Positions 50,716 to 63,706 of a stretch of DNA of 64,000 nucleotides are shown here, piece by piece. The stretch covers positions 16,988,619 through 17,052,618 of the forward strand of contig NC_083409.1 in assembly GCF_020745735.1 (NCBI RefSeq). Reading direction: 5' to 3'. The notes beneath the pieces were generated by a model. The model saw only the letters and a program-made list of their open reading frames with translations, had not been told where the DNA came from and searched no databases. Position numbers and translations under genes: made by a program. This stretch comes from Hemiscyllium ocellatum. Lineage: Eukaryota. Position 1 is the stretch's first letter. Each line of letters starts with the position of its first letter.

Positions 50716-52658
50716 AACACATGGTGGGTATGTAGTCAGTTCCTTTCTGTTGTAACTGTGTGATGCTCCAGCGCTCATCCCAGTCAAAAAGCCTGATTCA
50801 GAGACTGATCATGGAAGGGGAAGGAAAGGGAAAAGGATTGGAATATGTTGTGGATGGACAGGCTGGGTCACTGGGTCAGAAATTGTCCTGTCCCTCCAGC
50901 TCACACTGATGGCCTGAGGATCTCCTCTCTCTCTGCTGGGCCTTCATGGAATGAGGTTTGTGTCCAAACCAGTCCCCAGTGAGAATGGGCCAACAGAACA
51001 GAACTCCCCTTCATTTGACAAGAATCTGTCCATCGTCCTGAATGAGGTCAATCCCTGGTCAATGTGAGAAATGGGGAGTTACTCCAGGAAAAGACATGCT
51101 TTTGGGTCAAGGGTTAACATCCATTAGTGGGGCAGAGCAGAGGGAGATTTATCCTGAATTCAACTTTCACCACCTGGGACACTGTGAGAAAGACAGAGAA
51201 GCAAGACAAAGAGAGAGGTAGAGGCAAATTGTGTGTGTGATCGAGTGATTGAGGGAGGGGCATCTGAGACAGTGTGTGATATGTGAAGGGGCCAAGAGAG
51301 AGGTAGAGGGAGGTAGACGTGGTGTGATTGAGGGATAGAGAGAGAGAGAAACAAGATGTGACTGATCAGGATGGATAGAGAAAAGAGTGATACCAAGAGT
51401 GAAGAGAATCAATAGAGAATGGGTAGGGTTGAGTGTGAGAGAGAGAGAGAGACATGAGTATGGTAAGAGACAGAATGACAGAGAAGGAGGGAGAGAGACT
51501 GTAGATTGGAGTGCAGAGAGGGAGGGAGAGACAGAGAGAAGAATAGAGAGGGGCAATTAACATTTGGAGGTTTTCAATTGAAGCGAGCAATGGAGCGAGT
51601 GATGGTGAAAGAGAAAGATGCAGAAATAGAGATTATGAGACGGAGTGAGGAAGTGTAAGTTGGAGAGAGTGGCTTTGAGACAGAGTGAGAGAGAAAGAGA
51701 GAGAGAGACAGAGACAGAGGGACAAGTCCTGGTCACCACATTCTTGGAAGGACGTGATTGTACTTGAGAGGGTGCAGAGATTTACCAGGATGCTGCCTGG
51801 GATGGAGGGTCAGCTGTGGAGAAAGATTGGAATGGTTGGGGTTGTTTTCCATGCAGCAGTGAAGGCTGAGAGGGGACCTGATAGAGGGGGATAAGATTAT
51901 TCAGGGCAGTGATAGGGGGAGTAGGAAGGCACTTTTTACAAGAGTCAAGGACTCAATAACCAGGGACAGAGATTGAAGGAAAAATAGACATGGACACAAA
52001 GAAAGTGCTGCAGGAGTAGGCCATTCGGCCCTTTGAGACTGTTCTGTCATTCAGTATGATCATGGCTGATCCTCTCTCTTGAAGTCATCTTCCTACTTTC
52101 CCCCCATTCCCTTCATGCTGTTAAAATGCAAAACAAATATCTCTCTCTTTCTCTTGAATATATTCAGTTCCTTGTCCTCCATAGCCTTCAGTGGAAGATA
52201 ATTCCACAGATTAACCATCCTCTGAGTGAAGAAATGTTTCCTCATCTCAGTCTGAAATGGTCTACCCCATATCCCCCTGAGACTGTCTCCCGGTTCCAGA
52301 CTCCCCAACCAGGGGAAACCTCCTCCCTGCCCAGCCCTGTTAGAATATGATACATTTCAATCAGATCCCCTCTTATCCTTCTGAGTCCAGGCCCAATCGA
52401 GTTGGAGAGTGAGAGAAGAGTTAGGGAGAAATGTTTTCATCCAGAGGGTGGTGGGAGTCTGGAACTCACTGCCTGAAAGGCTGGTTGAGTCACAAACTCT
52501 CAGGACATTGGAGCAGTGTTTAGATATTCCCTTGTGTTGCTGTAGCCCCAGGGTAATGGGCCAAGAGCTGGAGGATCATCAGATCTTTGTTTACCAGCAC
52601 AGACACAATGGGCCAAATGGCCTCATTCAGTGCTGTCCACATCAATGATTCTCTGAGA

Positions 52659-52690
<32 letters not shown>

Positions 52691-52700
52691 GAGAGAGAGA

Positions 52701-52798
52701 AGAGGAAGTGTGAGGGGCTGACGTGGCTCTCTCTGCCTGATGCCATTTACACACTGAGGAACACCCAGTCAGACTCTCACAGGCTGCAGCTTTATAAA
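52701..52798 (+). promoter_or_regulatory. V-kappa promoter, cluster 2
   Basis: AGAGGAAGTG (52701-52710), TGACGTGG (52719-52726), octamer further degraded to ATTTACAC (52745-52752), TATAAA (52793-52798). Confidence 0.7.
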
Positions 52799-52858
52799 GC
52801 AGAGCCCAGTGAAGGGAGAGTTTATCAGGAACCAGGCACAGGGACAGGAGCACACACC

Positions 52859-52907
52859 ATGATTTCACACATCCAGCTGATCTGGCCCCTGGCATTCTGT
52901 GTCGCAG
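52859..52907 (+). CDS. IGKV: Leader exon, cluster 2 (identical to cluster 1 leader)
   Basis: MISHIQLIWPLAFCVA(G)|gt. Confidence 0.9.
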
Positions 52908-53093
52908 GTACAAATCTCTCTCCTTCCACCTTGAATCTTTAGTTGCTCTCCATTTCACTCCAGTTCCACTGACTTGTGATTGAAGGGAAAATGCTGAAAC
53001 CAGAGGAATGCTCAGTGTCTCCAACAATCTCTCATTTGACAGGCTCTTTCTGTGAAAGTTCTGACTTCACTGTGTTTCTCTCTGATCCCTCAG

Positions 53094-53412
53094 GTATCGG
53101 TGAGGACATCATCATGACCTAGTCTCCCCCGGTGCTGTCAGTGGGACTGGGCCAGACTGCAACCATCACCTGTAGGGCCATTAGCAGCTACCTTGCTTGG
53201 TACCACTAGCGAGAAGGTCAGAAACCCTCTCTCCTGATCTATGCTGCAGCAACTCAACTCACAGGAATCTCCGAGTGATTCACCGGCAGTGGATCAGGGA
53301 CCAGTTTCACCCTGACAATCAGCAACGTTCATAATGAGGATGTCGCTGACTGTTACTGTCAGCAGCATTACAGCTGGCCTTACTTTCGGTAAAGGAACCA
53401 AGCTCAGACTGA
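53094..53412 (+). pseudogene. IGKV: Pre-joined (germline-joined) kappa VJ pseudogene
   Basis: V runs directly into TTCGGTAAAGGAACC with no RSS. Stops TAG 53120, TAG 53207, TGA 53276; 9-nt CDR1 deletion; junction CCT-TACT-TTC is out of frame; donor GT changed to GG at 53413-53414. Confidence 0.95.
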
Positions 53413-56400
53413 GGAAGTAAACCTCAATCCTCTGTTATTAACCCTTTCAATCTCTAAACACAATTTATAAAACACAAATACTGAATTGTTGAAGTGTTGC
53501 AGTGAAGGAAATGTTTGATTGAGGAACACCGCGTCCCATACGGTGTACATCTGTATTTCGTTAGTCCTATAACCCCATTAAACAGCAAGATATAAGTCAG
53601 TAAGTTTTACTCATCGTGTGGAGGAGCTCTGTCCATTTGCAGCCTGTGGTCCCATTCCTGCAACATGGAGTGAATTCAATGAGTAGCCTCCTGCCAGTCT
53701 CAGTGTGACGGACACGGGCAGAGTTTATGTGAGTTCTGGTTCCCTGTCCCAGTCTCTGATCTCACTGACCTCAGCAGCAGCAGCAGCAGCAGCACAGTGA
53801 GACACCGAGCTCCCACCTCCCCCAGCTTTAACTCTGCTCAATCACATAATCACAGAATTGTTACAGTGCACAAGGAGGCCATTCTGCCCATCCTATCTGG
53901 ACTGGCTCTCCGAATGAGCAATTCACTGAGTGTCATTCTCCTGCCTTCTCCCTGTCACCCTGAACATTGTTCCTTTTCAAATAACAGTCTCATTCCCTTT
54001 GGAATGTTTTAATTGAAGCTGCCTCCACCACACTCTCAGGCAGTGCATTCCACACCTTAACCACTCACTGGCCAAAATGTTGTTCCCCATCTCACTTTTG
54101 TGACTTTTCCCAATTGCCTTCAATCTGTGGTCTCTCGGTCTCAATCCTTTCTCTTGGGAACATTTTCTCCCTATTTACTGTATCCAGGCCCCTCCTGATT
54201 TTAATTCCTCCAACAAATCTCCTCTCAGCCTTCTCCAAAGAAGTCAGTCCCAAATTGTCCAAACTATCTTAATAACTGATGTTCCTCATCCCTGGAATGA
54301 TCTTTGGGAATATTTTTGCCATTTCTACAAAATTTCACCTGCTTCCTGAATGATTTACATTATCTATGTCCCTCATGATTTTATAAACCTCTATAAGGTC
54401 ACTCCTCAGACTCTTACACTAGAGGGAAAAAAGTCTCAGCTTTTCCAGTCCCTCATAGTCATGGAGTCATACAGTGTGGAAACAGACATTTCAGTCCAAC
54501 TTGCCTGTGTTAACCAGATATCCTAAATGACCTCATCCCATTTGCCAGCATTTGGCTTACATCCCTCTAAACCCTTCCTATCCATGTTCCCATCCCAACG
54601 TTTTTTAAATGTTGTAATTTTATCCGCCTCCAACGCTTTCTCTAGCAGCTCGATCCAGACACACACCACCCACTGCGTGACAGGTTACCACTCAGGTCCC
54701 TTTTGAATCTTTTGCCTCTCACCTTAAACCTATGCCCTCTTGTTTTGGACTCCCGTTCCCAAGGAAAAGACCTTGGATATACACCTTGTCCATGCCCTTC
54801 ATGATTTTCTGCACATCCATAAGGTCACCTCGAGGCCTTAGATGCTGCAGGGAAAATAGGCCCATTTCTTCAGCCTCTCCCGACAGCGGAAACTCTCCAA
54901 TTCCTGGCCACATCCTTGTAAATCTTTTCCGCTGCCTTTTAAGTTTAACAACATCCTTCCTATCTCAGGATGATCAGAATTGTTCACATTATTCCCAAAG
55001 TGGCGTCACCAACTGCTGTACCACTGCAACATCATGTCCCAACTCCTTTACTCAATGCAGTGACCAATAAAAGTAAGCATACCCAACACCTTCTTCATCT
55101 CCCTGTCTACCTGTGACTCCACTGTCAAGGAATAATGCACCTGCACCTGCACCTTCACCACTCAGTCTCTTTGTTCAGCAACACTCCGCAGGGCCCTACC
55201 ATTAACCATAAAAGTCCTGCCTTGGTTTGGCTTTGAAAAGTACAGAACTCACATTTATCTGAATTAAACTCCATCTGCCATTCCTCAGCCCACTGGCCCA
55301 GTTGGTCAAGATCCCATTGTACTCTTAGACAGCCTTCTTCACTGGCCACGATGCCACCTGAAAATTCACCTGAACAGACTCTCACAACTCTGGCCCCTCC
55401 CTGCCTGTTACACTGCTACTACCCCAGTCTATATTCAAAAATTAAAGAACCATTTATAATGACTCTATCATGTTTGCAGATATCTGTAAATTCCTTGCAT
55501 TTGTATTCCTCTGCATCTTTCCCATTGGGTGGTGATTTGTTGACTGTTCTGAGGATTCTGTGGTCCTTGGTGTTCCTCTCTGTTATTCCCTCCTGGCTCC
55601 CACAGCCCTGCCAAGTTAGTTTAAACCCTCACCAACTGCACTAATAAATCACCCCAAAGGAACTCAGTCCCAGCTCGGTTCAGGAACAACGCTGTCTGGT
55701 CTGTCCAGGTCCCATCTCCCCCAGACCCAGTCTCAAGGTCCCAAGAATCTAAAGTCCTCCAACTTGGATCGTCTTTCCAGCTTCACATTCACCTGTGTTA
55801 TCCTCCTGTTCCTATTCTCACTTGGGTGGGGCACTGGGAGAAATCCGGAGATTCTAACTTTTGAGATCCCAGTGCTAATTCCCTCCAGAGCCCCCTAAAT
55901 TCTGACTGCAGGACCACATCCCTTTTCTCCCTCTGTCACAGGGACCATTGTGGACCACGACTGCTGCCTCTTCCCCCTCTCCCCTCAGGGTGGTTTGCAG
56001 CCGCTCAGAGACATCCTTGACCCTGGCACCAGGGAGACAACACACCATCCTGGATTCCCATCTGCAACTGCAGAAACACCTATCGATTGCCCTCACTCTC
56101 GAATCTCCTCTCGCTCTCCCTCTTCCTTGTACCCCCTGTACAGCTGAGCCCCCCGTGGTGCCATGGGCTTGGCTCTGGCTGCACTCCCCAGATGAACCAT
56201 CATTCTCATCAGGATTCTGAACTGAATCCTGGTTGGAGAGTGCGATGCACTCAGGGGATTCCTCTACTAGCTGCCTGGTCCTTTTAGACTGTCTGCTGCT
56301 CCCCCATTCCCTCTCACCCTGCATTCGCTGAAGCTGAAGAGTGACCACATCTAGAAACGTGCTCTCCATGGAGCTCTCAGCCTCACGGACGCTCCGAACT

Positions 56401-59400
56401 GACACCAGCTGCTGCTCAAGCTCCGAAACCCGGAGTTCCAACTGCTGTCACTGACCACACTTTCTGTTCTCATGGTATTCCAGGAGCTAGGAAGCATTCT
56501 GAAGTTCCCACCTAAATGCACACTCTCTTCACCCTTTGGTTGTCTCTTGGCAAAGTTCTGATGACAAACAGCTCCAGCAGGGCTCACAGTCCAGTGGGTT
56601 AAGTGTTCCAGGGTTTTGGGGAAACTCTCCAGAAGACTTTAAGAAATAGGAGCAGAAATCAGCCATTCAGCCCGTTGAATCTGCTCTGCCAGTTGATCTT
56701 GGCAGATATGCTTCTCACCCCCATTCTCTGCTTGATCCACAGGAACGTTCGATCCCCTTAACTATCACAAACTATCTACCTCTGTCTTAAATACACTCAG
56801 TGACTTGGCCTCCACTGCCCTCTGTTAGCAATACATTCCACAGATTCACCACCCTCTGGCTGAAGAAATTCCTCCTCATCTCAGCTCGAAAGGGCCAGCC
56901 CTTCATACTGAGGGTGTGCCTTGGTTACCGACTCTCTCCTGTTTTTGGAAACATCTTTTTCACATCCACTCTATCCAGGTTGATCAGTATTCAGTAAATT
57001 TCAAAAAGATCCCTCCTCATCTTTCTAAAGTCCATTGAGTACAGACCCAGAGTCCTCAAGCACATCTGATACGATAAGTCCTTCATCACCAAGATCATTG
57101 TTGTAAACCCCTCCAATGCCAGCACATTGTTTCTTAGAATATGGGTCCGAAATCTGCTCACAATATTCCAAATGCAGTCTGACCAGAGCCTTACACAGCC
57201 TCAGCAGTACATCTCTGCTCTTGTATTCTGGCCCTACTGAAATGAATGCTATCATTTCATTTGCCTTCCCAAGCACAAACTGGACCTGCCTGTTAACCTG
57301 AAGGGAAACCTGAATGAGGTTCGTGCTTTAGATTTCCAAAAGATTTTCTTATTTAGAAAATAGTCTTTGCATCTCTTCTTCCTCCCAAAGTGCACACCTT
57401 CACACTGTAACACATTGTATTCTATCTGCCACTTCTTTGTCCACTCTCCCAGCCTATCCAGGAGCTTTTACATTCTTCCCACTTCCTCAACACTACCTGT
57501 CCCTCCACCTATCTCATGTCATCTGCAAACTTAGCAACAATGTCTTCACTTCCTCCATCCAGATTGTTAATGTATAACGTGAATAGTTATGGTCCCAACA
57601 TTGACCCCTACATGACTCTACCAGTCACCAACGGCCATTTTTCCTCACTCTCTGCTTTATGCCAACCTGCCAGTCCTTAGTCCATGCCAGTGCCTCGGCC
57701 CTCACACTGTATGCTCTTATCTAATGTCAAAGGCCTTCTAGAAATCCAAATACATTACTTCCTTTGACTCTCCTTTGTCTGACTGGCTGATTGCCTCCTC
57801 AAAGAATTCTAACAGATTTGCCAGGCATGACCTCCCCTTGATGAAGCCGTGTTGACTCAGCCCTAGTTTACAATTGCACCTCCAAATCCTCTGCAATTTC
57901 ATCCTTAAATTGAAGTCTAAAACCTTACCAACAACTGAGTCTAGGCTAACTGGCCTATAATTTCCCATCTTCTCCCTCCTCCCTCCCTTCTTAAACAGGG
58001 CTGTTATGTGAGCCACTTTCCAGTCCCTTGCCCCCATCAGATCCCTGCCCACCACACTGTCATACCCTGACTCCATCGATTCCTGAAAGATCATCTCCAA
58101 TACCTCCATAATTTACTCAGTGATCTCCTTCAGAACACACTCATGTCGTTCATCTAGTCTGGGTGAGTTACCCACATTCAACCTTTCAGCTTCGATTCAA
58201 TTCCTCTGCTATTTCTTCACTTCCTATAATACTTTCTCCAGCCTCATTTTCCAATGTCTATTTTTGCCTTCCTCTTCCTTTTTATACATCTGATAAAACT
58301 CGTGCAATCTTCTTTTGTATTACCGGCTAACTTACCCCCACATTTCCCCTTCTCCACCTTTAATGCTTTTTTATTTATCCTCTCCAGGTTTTTAAAGGCT
58401 TCCTAACCCTCTGGCTTCCCACTTTTCTCTACCACATTGTGCATTTTTTTCTTTTGCTTTTATGCTGTCCGTGACTTCCCTCACCAGCCATGGTTGCCTT
58501 GTCCTCCCCTTAGTATGTTTCTTCTTTTTTGGGATGAATTCTGACTCTGCTTCCTGAATTACCCCCAGAAACCCTGCTGTTTGCTGCCCCACTATTTTAC
58601 CTGCTCGGCTCCCCTTCCAATCAACTCTGGCCAGCTGCTTCCTCATGTCTTTGTACTTACCTTTACTCAACTGAAATACAGATCCATCTGATTGCAGCTT
58701 TTCCCTCTCAAACTACAGGGGGAATTCTATCATATTATGGTCATTTATCCAGAAGGATACTTTCACCTTCAGCTCATTAATCAAGTTTGCCTCATTCCAC
58801 ATCACTGAATCCAGAACTGCCTGTTCCATAATGGCTCAACCACAAGCTGCTCCAAAAACCATCTTGTAGACATCCATGAAATCCTTTTCTTGAGACGCGC
58901 TACCCAGTCCACCTATCCATTGAGGTCTGCCCTGACATTTTGTATATGGCTTGTCTGTCTCCTGACTGATTTCCTTCCCCACACCCTGATTACTGCTTGG
59001 AGATCTGGACATAACTTGCATCAGATTCTTTATTTCTTGCGGTTCCTCAACTCTACCCACACACATTCTACACCTTTTGACTCTATATCACTTCTTGCTT
59101 TGATTTAATTTAATTTCGTACTAACAAGGCAACTCTTCCCCCTCTGTCCATCTGCCTGTTCTTTTGATAGGACATGTATCCTTGGATATTTAGTTCCCAG
59201 CCCGGATCCCCTTGCAGCCATGTCTCTGTGATACCCACAACATCATACCTGCCAGTTTCAATCTGCACTACCAGTTCATTGCTTATACTGTGTGCTTTTA
59301 AGTCCAACAGCTTCAGTCCTGCATTGACTGCCTTCTTTCTCATCATTATCCTCTTATCTGCTGTGCTTGATGCTCGACTCTTGATCCTTTTTGTACTCTC

Positions 59401-62400
59401 TGTCCTCGTATGCCTTCTAGAAACCGAATAGCCTTTCCTGAGCCCTCCTCCACTTTAACTAGTTTAAATTCCTTGGAAACTCAATTTACCTCGATTTATG
59501 GCATCACTTTGTCTGCCTTACTCAGAATGATTCGTGCATTTAGATACAAACCCTTTAAGTTTGTTCTATTGTTCGTTTTCCCTGCACTTTTATGGTTCCT
59601 TTAAAATTCAAAAATTCTATCCCTTCCTTTTATTTTCTGGTAACAATCAATCCAATCACTAACCAGCAATCCTACCTTCTCCTTTACCTTCCATTTTCTC
59701 ATTTTCCATCCAACTGAACCAAATTCCTTTCTCTTTGGGTTGAGTTCAGGACAATATTTATCCTTGGACCAATATCATGAAAAATGCTCTTTGACTTCAT
59801 TGCTTCTAGTGGGATCTTGCTGTGTAGAAATTGGCTGCCCCTTTCCTGACATTGCAACAGTGACTTGTTTTAAAACAAAATGTAAATGTCTTTGGGAGAG
59901 CCTGAGGTGTTAGGGGCTCGATTGAAATACAATTACAGTTATGGAGATGTACAGCATGGAAACAGACCCTTCAGTCCAAGTCATCCATCCTGACCAGATA
60001 CCCTAAATTAATCTAGTCCCATTTGCCAGCATGAGGCCCATTTTGCTCTCAACCCTTCCTATACATATATCCATCCAGATGGCTTTTTAAATATTGTAAT
60101 CATACCAGCCTCCATCACTCCCTCTGGCAGCTCATTCCAAACATTTACCACCCTCTGCATGGAAACCTTAGGTCCCTTTTAAATCTTTCCCCTGTCACCT
60201 TCAACCTATGCCCTCTAGTTCTGGACTCACCCACTCTGAAGAAAAGATCTACTCTATTCACCGTATCTATACCCCTCATGATTTTATAAACCACTGTGTG
60301 GTCACCCTCAGCCTCCAACAATCCAGGGAAAATAGTCTCAGTCTATTCAGCTTCCTCCGATAGCTCAAACTCTCCAACCTTGGCAACACCCTTCTAAAAC
60401 TTTTCTGAAGCATTTTAAGGTTCACAATATTTTTCCTACAGCAGGGAGACCAGAAATACACACCGTATTCCAAAAGTGACCTAACCAATGTCTGGCACAA
60501 CCACAAAAGCTCCCAACTCCAATACTCAATGCACTGCCCAGTAAAGGAAACCATACTAAATTACTTCGTCACCCCCCTCCCTCCCCACCCACACGCACAC
60601 ACATCTACCTACAACTCCATTTTCAAGAAACCTTTTTTTTGGTTGAACTGGGAGTCTTTCAGATGTGAAAGGTGCCATTCCATGGCACTGTTGGATGAAG
60701 AGCAGGCAGTTCCTTCTGGTGTACCTGGTTAATATTTATCCCCCAATAAAAATCACTAAAAATCTATTTCTCTGCTAATTATCATACTGTGTTTGGGATC
60801 TCACTGTGCAAAGTCTGCTGGAAAGAGCCTTTGGGACATTCTGAGTTGGGGACAGGTGCTACACAAATGCAGGTCTTTCTTTAAGGTTAGAGTCCCCTGA
60901 TCCTGAACCTCACCCATTGTCTGCGCACTCTCACCTTCCAGGAGGCCTGGAGTCATTAGGAGCAGTGACCCTGCCTGACCCCAGGTCACTGAGACTCTAT
61001 GCAGCTTCACCCTTGATCTCAGCCCAGTGGTGTGCAGCAAGGTTTGAAATATAATCTAGAACCTTCTACACAGACACCCCAATGTGACTCCTTCCTGAAG
61101 TGTGTGGATCCGAGTCTGCTCCAATGTTCTCGGATAAAGTTCTCCTCATCTGTGGTTAATCGAAGGTTTGTTAAAGAGGGATCGAGCTCCATCCCACTCT
61201 CCAGCTCTTGCTCCAAAGCTCTGGATGTTTCGACGTTCCAAGTGAATATCCAAGTGTTTTTTTCAATGTGATGAGGGTTTCTGCCTCTCCCACCCTTTCA
61301 GACAGTGAGTCCCAGGTCCCATCAGGCTCTGGGTGAAAACAATTACTCCTCAATTCACCTCGAACCCTGTCCCCAATTCATTTCAATCTCTCCCCATGGT
61401 TATTGCCCTCTCTGCTGATGGAAATCAGTCCTTCCTACCAATTCTATCTCGGCCCTCATCATTTTACACGCCTTGATCAAATCTCCCCTCAGCCTTCTCT
61501 GTTCCAAAGAAAACAGTCCCAGACAAACCAATCATTCCTCAAAACTAAAACTTCCCATTCTTGACAAAATCCTCCACTGTCCCCATCACTCAGGGGATCA
61601 TATCCTTCCTGTAATGTGGTGACCAGAACTGTACCCTGTTCTCTCACTGTGCTCTAACTGGGGTTTTATACAGTTCCAGAATAAACAAATTTCTTACTTT
61701 CACTCTCAACCAAAAATGAGATAAGGGAGGTGATGGCCTAATAGTATTATTGCTGAACTGTTAATCCAGAGATCCAGATTAATGTTCTAGGGACCAGGGC
61801 AGAATCCTGCCACAGCAGATGGTGGAATTTGAATTCAATTAAAAAATCTGGAATTAAGAGAGTAATGATGACCATGAAACCATCGTTGATTGTCAGGGAA
61901 AAGCATCTGATTCACTAATGTCCTTTAGGGAAGGAAACTGCCATCCTTCCCATGTGACTCCAGACCCACAGCAATGTGGGTGACTCTAAAATGCCCTCTG
62001 GGCGATTAGGGATGGGCAATAAATGCTGCCGATCCAGCAATGCCCTCATTCCATCAAGGGAAAAAGAAAAACTGTTTATCCCATGTGTTTTCTGAAGCAC
62101 CTCACTGACCTGCATTCATTAATCACCATGGCCACATCGTCCACCTGCACACACATCTGACTTCCAGCCTCAAGCTGACGAGAGACATTCCTTCATTATC
62201 TGAGAAACAGACAGAAACATAAAACACAGGACCAGTAGTAGGCCATTCGGCCCCTCAAGCCTGCTCCACCATTCAATATGATCATGGCCGATCATCCAAC
62301 ACTGTCCCCTGTTCCTGCTTGCTCCCCACATTCTTTGAACTCATTAATCTTAAGAACTGTATCGAATTCCTTCTTGAACACATACTGCATCTAATTCCCT

Positions 62401-63377
62401 CATGCTGGCAAATTGATGAGAAGTATTGAGTTGTTTTTTGACACAATGATCCGTTGGGCCTTTTGGGTCTCCCTGACTCTGACCCTATTCTTATATATTA
62501 TGAATAACTGGGTACCAAGGACTGATCCCTGTGGTACCCCAACTGGTAAATATCTGCCATTCAAAAAAAGACTCACTCTTCCTGTCCTGTCTGCCAACCA
62601 GTTCTTAATCCATGTCAGGACATGATCCCAAATCCTCTTGTTTGTTGGGATTTCTTTGATTCAGTTGGACATAGTTAATCCTGTCTTTGCCTTCCTCAGG
62701 TCCTGTTCAATGTCACCCCCGCATTTTCGATCCTCCTCTGGACTTTCTGCAGGTTTGATCTCCAGATAACCAACATCACCTTCCCTGTTTAGTCTTCCCT
62801 ACTCTGGCTGCCTTTTGACATCCCAGGCTGAGAGTCTAGATTTGGGAGTCCCACCCTTACTCATTGTGGGAACAGATTCTGAACAATCTCTGTCTTTTCT
62901 TTTGAGGGATCCCACTGCCCTGACACTGATTTCACATCATGGCGTTGGTTCCAGTCCACTTTTACTAAATCATCGCACAGTTTAGTAAAATAGTTCATTC
63001 CCAAGTGAAAACGTTAACACTTGCTGCGTGGTTCTCCATTTCCATCTCAACTCTCAATCTCACTGAGTTCTGGTCACTGTCACTAAACTGCTCCCCCATT
63101 GAGAACCCTTCCAGCTGCCCACATTCATTCCCTAAACAAGGGTCCAAACCTGTTCCTTGTCTTTCCCCATCACCTTCTCGGGGCAATTAGGGATGAGAAA
63201 TAAATGCTGGCCCTGCTCGTGACACTCACTCCCAAGAAACAATTTAAACAATACCTGGTTTTTTGTCGGGTTTGGTCGGTATTGGATACAAATGTTCAAA
63301 CATTTTACCAGTGAATGTTCTGAGAGTTGAAGTTTCTTCAATTGGCAGGGATTAAAATTGTTTCTCTTGTCTTTCAG

Positions 63378-63706
63378 GCCGTGAGAACTCTCAGCCCAAG
63401 CTGACCCTGCTGCCCCCCTCCCTGGAGCAGGTCAATGCCAAGGGCACTGCCACCCTGGTGTGCCTTGCCAATCACTTCTATCCCGATGAGCTGGAGGTGC
63501 AGTGGAAGAAGGACGGTGCAGTCATTTCGGACGGGGTTCAGACCAGCAACTACCTGCGAGCTTCGGACAGCACCTACAGTGTCAGCAGCCTGCTGACCCT
63601 CTCTGGGTCTGACTGGGAGTCCGACGCTCGCTTCTCCTGTGCCCTCACCCACGTGACCCTCCCCTCTCCCCTCAGCAAGAGCATCAGGAGATCAGAATGT
63701 GTGTAG
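63378..63706 (+). CDS. IGKC: Ig kappa-type constant exon, cluster 2 (open ORF but orphaned)
   Basis: Intact acceptor and reading frame; 4 nt differences from C1 (P>L, N>D, plus silent changes). Confidence 0.93.
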
